NCBI GenBank assembly: GCA_951406725.2
Contig: OX597818.1
Coordinates: forward strand, 248,001-312,000
Source of the DNA: Octopus vulgaris
Taxonomy: Eukaryota
Length of the DNA stretch: 64,000 nt
Reading direction: 5' to 3'
Positions 55,516-64,000 of this stretch are shown in pieces. The notes under the pieces are model-generated. The model did not search any database, had not been told where the DNA came from, and was given only the letters and a program-made list of their open reading frames with translations. The position numbers were made by a program, and so were the translations under genes. Position 1 is the first letter of the stretch. Each line of letters begins with the position of its first letter.

Positions 55516-57234
55516 TAAAGAATGGATGCTTTTTGCCCACTTCCCTCATCTACACAACTGGACCCCTACCTGAGTCACTGTTATTGACATCTATTTTTCA
55601 TTCTTACCATTGACCACCTCAACCTTATTTATAACTATTAAAACCAAATCTCACTCTCCTTCCTTTCACAACCTTTAACCCCAACACTTCATCACTCTCC
55701 TATCAACTGTATTACTCTACGGTAAAAAATGAAAACAGAACCTTTAACTACACACCAAACCCTATCATTATCTCTATACTGCCAGTCACCACTCCTTCTC
55801 CTCTGAGTTACTCATAATTGTGCCAAGGAAATGAAATTGCTTAACTTCTTACATCCTTAGATGTATAAGTCAACACTTGAGAGTTAATCTGTATGTCTCA
55901 GCAAACATACAGGGACTGATTCTCAACCATTAGACATAGAAACACAAAAAAGGATTTAAGCAGTATTTCTTTTTCTTGAGTAAATCCTAATAAACTAAGA
56001 GGTGATAGCATCATTTATTCTGACTAATCTTCATTTATCGTTTGTGCATGCATGCGTATCAATTAAAATTCGCAACATAGATGTCAAGCAGAGATAAAAG
56101 AAGAAAACCAGTAACTGAAATGAAAACCACAACATGAATTCAGAAGTGAATGTATACTGAAGGATGAAAATCACATCAGATGTGGGGGAAATGAAACGAC
56201 ATAGAAACTAAGAGAAAATAAGGGAATGGAACACATTTTAGAGAAAGCATAAATTGTAAACCTTGTGTACAGTAGGACCAGGGACCTAATTTCTGTTAGT
56301 GTTTCTACTCTGTTATTAGTCCCCATGGTAAAGTCCTAAGCTCTACAACTCATTATACATTTAACAATCAGGTTATCTCAAGAAAGGCAACAAGCATTTA
56401 CACGTTCTATCAATCACATTGTGTGTATCTTTATATATATCATATATATATATATATGTGCTTGTCTGTGTACACACATATACACCCTTATATATATAAA
56501 CACACACACTAACATTGCACATTTAGAAATGTCTGCTTGCCTCTTTTCTGTCCAGCATTTACACACTAACTGCATTCAATACTCATGTTTCGCAACCATG
56601 TAGCCTCACACTTTATGCACAAGTGTCACCTAGCAAGGAAATCTCTTTGTTACCAGCAGAGGTAACAGTGCCCTACACTTTTCTAGCTACTATATTATAC
56701 ACACACAAAGATACATACAGATATACAAAGAGCAGATTATTGAGATGCTACATCAAGATTTATTCCAGATTTGTTAAGCTAGATTAGTTCCACATTTAAG
56801 CAGAGAAAAAAAGGCAAGACTATACATAATCTAATTAATAACATCTTTCACTGATTTAACCAGAATAATTAACTGATAACTTGAAAGATCTTATTCAGTA
56901 AAGAAGACTAGATTTAAACAGTGATTGTGACTTATAAACTGAAAAGCAGAGAGTGATGTAGGTGGTATAAAGATGTGAAACATCAAGCCCAGAGCTAAAC
57001 AGCATCAACAGAATATATTTGTATACGCAAATGCTGACATTTACAATAATATATTGTCAAGTGTCTTCTGACCAAAGAAACACATTCAAGCTACATCTTT
57101 GAATCAAAGAACCTTTAACGATAAAAAGAATTTAAAACAGAAGCAAATGATTAAACACCTATTGAAATATAGATAGAGGTGGCAGGCTGAAAGGAACATT
57201 AAAGGTTAGATATACATGGGTAAGGACTAGAACT

Positions 57235-57266
<32 letters not shown>

Positions 57267-57583
57267 TAGATAGATAGATAGATATGTCCTTATACCTAGT
57301 TTGCTATTTAACTTATCCATACAACATCCTTCAGTCCCTGTTGAAGTCCTTGGATGTAACAAAATATAATTTGTTGGGTTTTTATTTGTAGACTAAAAAA
57401 TTACTGATATATTGATGTGTACCTACATCTATATGTATGTGTGTTTGCATTTATCCATTCGTGTATGTATATGTATATACACACACACACACATATATAT
57501 ATACACACACACACATATATATACACACACACACACACATATATATACACACACACACACATATATATACACACACACACACA

Positions 57584-57645
<62 letters not shown>

Positions 57646-57687
57646 CACACACACACACATACATATATATACACACACACACACATA

Positions 57688-57749
<62 letters not shown>

Positions 57750-57980
57750 TATGCATATATAGATACATATATGTACACACTTACATATATATGTATATAT
57801 ACATGCATATATGGGTATAAGACATCAAAAAAATGTTGAACACAATAAGAAACAAAAACATAGAAACAAACTTTTTTTGAACAAAGAAAAAACAGAGAAA
57901 CGAGACATACAACATAAAGAATATTCCCCTTCTTCAGTTGTCTCTGTTTCATCTACTCCACGTTTCGAAGGCAAGGACAT

Positions 57981-58028
<48 letters not shown>

Positions 58029-58262
58029 ATATATACACACACAAAATTAAGAGGAATGACCACTAAAGTGGACACTCTATATGCTAAACATAGACATCAA
58101 AGTGTCATTACCATGAAGAGTGTGTTCTCAAGAAAAAAATCTCAGCAAAACGCCAAAATGTAAAAATAAGAAAGACAAATGAAAATATACAAAATAAAAA
58201 AACCATTACCTACGTACCATGGTTTCACTTGTTAATATTAACAAGTGAAATACACACACACA

Positions 58263-58310
<48 letters not shown>

Positions 58311-58359
58311 TAGACATATACATATTTATATATATATATAGATAGATATATATATAGAC

Positions 58360-58422
<63 letters not shown>

Positions 58423-58423
<1 letters not shown>

Positions 58424-59686
58424 TTTGCATATTCTGTATAATTCACTAGTTATCATTATTGATATTTTTTAAGATCTATCTCCCTTATAGAAATTGGCTG
58501 CCGATTCTTCGCGGGGTTTTTCTTTTTCTCTTCCCTTCTCTCCCCCTCTTGTTACATTGTCGTCTGTCTGGACTCCTCTCTTCCTACCACCCGCCATGGC
58601 TATTGCATACTTAAACTAGTAAACTGCCTCATTCTTGATTCCGAATTCCTTTTGCCAAGTCTGTCCGTAAACGAAGTGATCTCAAGATAAGAAATCTTTG
58701 AACTTTAATTCATCCGTATCTCTATTTATTATTATTATTTATTAATTATTATTATTCTGATCCCCCTAGTCGCCACTCTGTTTACTATTTCAGCCTCGCC
58801 TCGCCTCGCCTCGTTTTGCATATTCTGTATAATTCACTAGTTATCATTATTGATATTTTTTAAGATCTATCTCCCTTATAGAAATTGGCTGCCGATTCTT
58901 CGCGGGGTTTTTCTTTTTCTCTTCCCTTCTCTCCCCCTCTTGTTACATTGTCGTCTGTCTGGACTCCTCTCTTCCTACCACCCGCCATGGCTATTGCATA
59001 CTTAAACTAGTAAACTGCCTCATTCTTGATTCCGAATTCCTTTTGCCAAGTCTGTCCGTAAACGAAGTGATCTCAAGATAAGAAATCTTTGAACTTTAAT
59101 TCATCCGTATCTCTATTTATTATTATTATTTATTAATTATTATTATTCTGATCCCCCTAGTCGCCACTCTGTTTACTATTTCAGCCTCGCCTCGCCTCGC
59201 CTCGTTTTGCATATTCTGTATAATTCACTAGTTATCATTATTGATATTTTTTAAGATCTATCTCCCTTATAGAAATTGGCTGCCGATTCTTCGCGGGGTT
59301 TTCTTTTTCTCTTCCCTTCTCTCCCCCTCTTGTTACATTGTCGTCTGTCTGGACTCCTCTCTTCCTACCACCCGCCATGGCTATTGCATACTTAAACTAG
59401 TAAACTGCCTCATTCTTGATTCCGAATTCCTTTTGCCAAGTCTGTCCGTAAACGAAGTGATCTCAAGATAAGAAATCTTTGAACTTTAATTCATCCGTAT
59501 CTCTATTTATTATTATTATTTATTAATTATTATTATTCTGATCCCCCTAGTCGCCACTCTGTTTACTATTTCAGCCTCGCCTCGCCTCGCCTCGTTTTGC
59601 ATATTCTGTATAATTCACTAGTTATCATTATTGATATTTTTTAAGATCTATCTCCCTTATAGAAATTGGCTGCCGATTCTTCGCGG
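58423..59686. repeat. Tandem array of a 391-bp unit, about 3.25 near-identical copies
   Basis: Units start at 58423, 58814, 59205 and 59595; each ends in (GCCTC)4. Confidence 0.95.
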
Positions 59687-59763
59687 CGCGCCCGCCCTAC
59701 CCACCCCCACCACCAATACCGGATATCTCTATTTTGCTCCAACTATACCGGATGTCGTTTTTC

Positions 59764-60727
59764 TCCCACCACCATTATAGGTGTCTACTCTTTGAACCCC
59801 CTCTTCAATACGCTATTTCACCATGCATTACCCCTCTCTCGATATCCTACGTTCTACTTGCCTAGAACCTGTCCTCTGGACCACCCCTCCCACTGGTGCT
59901 CACCCCTCCCACTGGTGCTCACCCACTGGTGCTCCCCTATATTTCTGCATCCCCCCACCACCATTATAGGTGTCTACTCTTTGAACCCCCCTCTTCAATA
60001 CGCTATTTCACCACGCATTACCCCTCTCTCGATATCCTACGTTCTACTTGCCTAGAACCTGTCCTCTGAACCACCCCTCCCACTGGTGCTCCCCTATATT
60101 TCTGCACCCCCACCACCATTATAGGTGTCTACTCTTTGAACCCCCTCTTCAATACGCTATTCACCATGCATTACCCCTCTCTCGATATCCTACATTCTAC
60201 TTGCCTAGAACCTGTCCTCTGAACCACCCCTCCCACTGGTGCTCCCCTATATTTCTGCATCCCCCCCCACCACCATAATAGGTGTCTACTCTTTGAACCC
60301 CCCTCTTCAATACGCTATTTCACCATGCATTACCCCTCTCTCGATATCCTACGTTCTACTTGCCTAGAACCTGTCCCCTGAACCACCCCTCCCACTGGTG
60401 CTCTCCTATATTTCTGCACCCCCCACCACCATTATAGGTGTCTACTCTTTGAACCCCCTCTTCAATACGCTGCTCCCCTATATTTCTGCACCCCCCACCA
60501 CCATTATAGGTGTCTACTCTTTGAACCCCCCTCTTCAATACGCTGCTCCCCTATATTTCTGCACCCCCCACCACCATTATAGGTGTCTACTCTTTGAACC
60601 CCCTCTTCAATACGCTATTTCACCATGCATTACCCCTCTCTCGATATCCTACGTTCTACTTGACTAGTACCTGTCCTCTGAACCACCCCTCCCACTGGTG
60701 CTCCCCTATATTTCTGCACCCCCCCCC
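59764..60727. repeat. C-rich minisatellite with ~155-bp units and ~70-bp deleted variants
   Basis: ccaccaccattataggtgtctactctttgaacccc occurs 7 times. Confidence 0.92.
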
Positions 60728-61081
<354 letters not shown>

Positions 61082-61095
61082 TACACACACACACA

Positions 61096-61236
<141 letters not shown>

Positions 61237-61320
61237 ATAAATATTAGGGAATAAATCCAAATTTACAGGGAAAAAATCAGATTTAGGATTAAATCCAATT
61301 TTATAGTAAAATATTATATA

Positions 61321-61641
<321 letters not shown>

Positions 61642-61777
61642 AAAATAGTAAAGTGTGAAAAAACGACAGAAGGCTTAAATGTTAAAAAATATATATATTT
61701 TTGTGTCAAAATGTCTGGAGAATATTGGAAAAATTTTTTTCCCTTTCCTTAAAATGACATAATTTTAAAATTTTTAA

Positions 61778-61815
61778 AGAAATTACCGGTTTCGCGTGTA
61801 GCTTTTCAAATTTCT
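61778..61815 (-). ncRNA. Minimal hammerhead ribozyme, U3:A8 variant, in Penelope 3' region
   Basis: agaaat-TTGAAAA-gc(tacac)gc-GAAA-ccgg-TA-atttct; perfect 6-bp stem I; about 140 nt downstream of the GIY-YIG ORF stop on the same strand. Confidence 0.75.
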
Positions 61816-61951
61816 CGTGACGTTATGTTTATATTGCATGGAATTATCGTTGTTTTTATTTCCAGGAGATTTCTAAATAAGGGGAGGTAGTGAGTGATTT
61901 CTTCCGGTGTAAGGGAGATAATCGCTTAAAAATTTTTTTCCCTTTCCCTTG

Positions 61952-62965
61952 TTAATTTCTCTGTGTCAGTATGTTCGGATGGTTGAGTCTGGGTTTGTAC
62001 TTTTCAATGAAGAATGTTTCCTTGTTCAGTCTCATTTGTGTTGATGATCCGAAAGCACATTGGTAAAATGGGAAGATTAAAAATTGTGGCAGTAGTTGCT
62101 TTGCGCATTTCTCAATGTGCTCACTAAAAGGTATCATTCTATATTCTGGGAATGCAATCTGTTGTCGATGCAGTGTGCATCTGTGCCTGAGTGATAGTCC
62201 CGTGGAACCCACGTAGTCTTGGTGGCAGCCCGAGCATTTAATAACATAAATTATGTTTTCAGAGGCACAAGTAAAGTTAGATTTGATCTTAAATTTCTGT
62301 CCTTCTTTAAAGAAGAATTCTGATCCTTCCAATAGGTTAGGACATGTTGCACAGTTCGATCTACCACATTTTTTTACTTTTGCATCCGTAATTTTAGAAG
62401 ACAATTTTGCCTTTGTGAGAATCTTTTTAAGTGATTTAGGCTGTTTGTAGCTTTTAATGATTTGGTGTATGTTTAGAATTTCCTTTAATTTTGGGTTTTT
62501 ATGAAGTATTGGTAAATTCTGGGTGATGATGGTGAAGGCTTCTTTGTTTCTGGGGTTGTATGTAGATATGTAAGGTAGTATTTTCGGGGAAGGTGTGTTG
62601 TTGTGTTGAACTTTTCTTAAAGTTTCTATGTTGATTTCTGTTGCACGTCTGATCCCATCCTCTATGAGTTGAGCTGGGTAATGTCTGTCAATTAGGGTGT
62701 TTTTGAGTTCTTGCAGTCTAAAGTTCCTGGTATTTTGTTCTGACACTATTGTGCATATCCTTCTTGCAAGGTTGAAGGGGATGTTTGTTTTAGTGTGTCT
62801 TGGGTGGCATGAATTAAAAAGAAGGTATTGTTTGGCGTCTGTGGCTTTGTAAAAAATGTCTGTTTCTATTTTAAGGTTAATTTTTTTAATTAGTATATCC
62901 AAGAACGGGAGCTCCTTTTGGTTGTATTCCATTGTGAACTGTATATTTGGGTTTATGCTGTTCAA
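61952..62965 (-). CDS. Penelope RT C-terminus/thumb, Cys-rich linker and GIY-YIG endonuclease (partial ORF)
   Basis: [73 protein letters not shown]. Confidence 0.9.
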   Translation of the reverse strand: MNSINPNIQFTMEYNQKELPFLDILIKKINLKIETDIFYKATDAKQYLLFNSCHPRHTKTNIPFNLARRICTIVSEQNTRNFRLQELKNTLIDRHYPAQLIEDGIRRATEINIETLRKVQHNNTPSPKILPYISTYNPRNKEAFTIITQNLPILHKNPKLKEILNIHQIIKSYKQPKSLKKILTKAKLSSKITDAKVKKCGRSNCATCPNLLEGSEFFFKEGQKFKIKSNFTCASENIIYVIKCSGCHQDYVGSTGLSLRHRCTLHRQQIAFPEYRMIPFSEHIEKCAKQLLPQFLIFPFYQCAFGSSTQMRLNKETFFIEKYKPRLNHPNILTQRN

Positions 62966-63000
62966 TAGGTTTTTAAATTTTAGGAGTTTATCTATGTTTA

Positions 63001-63440
<440 letters not shown>

Positions 63441-64000
63441 ACTTAGAATAACTTAGAAAGGTTTTTGGCCAGTATTGGCCCAGGCCATGTCTAACTTAAT
63501 AGCACCACCTGGCGAAGTCTTTCAGTTCAGGATTTGGGCACCAAGGCCCATTCGAGCAGAGAGTTATTGTTTGCGGAGACATATCCGGGTGTGGATGGTT
63601 TGTCCGGTACTGTTTGAAGGAATTTGTCCAAAGACTTCTTGAATTTTGTGTGGTCAGTTTCTTTTTTGACGTGTCCTGGTGTAATGTTGAAGAGAGCGGG
63701 TCCAATTGAGGTGAAATAGTTGTGCCGTATTGTCGTTATGTGATGCGATTTAGATTTTTGTTGTGGACGGATGGCACGTGGTCCAAGTCTTGGATGCATT
63801 TTGAAGGTGATGCCAACATCATTCGGACAGTGCTGATGGAATATTTTCCACATCATACAGATAATGTAGCGTTCACGGCGTCGTTGGAGTGAATACAATT
63901 TCAGCTTCTCTAGTCTACCCCAGTAGTCAAGGTCTGACATGCCATCTATCTTTTTTGTGATTGACCTTTGGGGAGCTTCAATTCTCATAATATTTTGTTT
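63441..64000 (-). mobile_element. CR1-like LINE 3' end, continuing beyond the window
   Basis: QRSITKKIDGMSDLDYWGRLEKLKLYSLQRRRERY...FKKSLDKFL; short 3' UTR ending in a ttctaagtta repeat. Confidence 0.9.

Noticed and set aside
57928-57978. Minus-strand cttcGAAAcgtggagt...CTGAAGA HHR-like words
   Set aside because: Halves are in the wrong order, no consistent stems, G at the cleavage position; at best a truncated relic
59764-60727. CRISPR-like repeat array
   Set aside because: Intervening sequences are repeated, not unique spacers; eukaryotic context with no cas genes

Overview
AT-rich, repeat-dense eukaryotic DNA. The SINE, LINE, Penelope and (TA)n landscape looks like an octopus/coleoid cephalopod genome (inference). 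The window is almost entirely intronic sequence of one minus-strand gene. Three phase-compatible exons (46422-46303, 34821-34635, 33048-32859) encode part of a PHLDB1/2 (LL5)-like protein, and its C-terminal PH-domain exons should lie left of position 1. The introns hold tRNA-derived SINEs and remnants of RTE, CR1, R4/Dong-like, mariner, piggyBac, Helitron and Penelope elements. The most notable hidden signal is a set of type I hammerhead ribozyme (HHR) motifs. These include a canonical one at 22.7 kb, two minimal ones with a U3:A8 compensatory core (18.6 and 61.8 kb), a pair carried in opposite orientation in the arms of a 580-bp foldback (50.8-51.4 kb), and decayed copies, one next to a tRNA-like segment. 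Splicing-level candidates are an internal alternative first exon, a 9-nt microexon and a possible recursive splice site. All calls were read by eye with no database search, and repeat boundaries are approximate.
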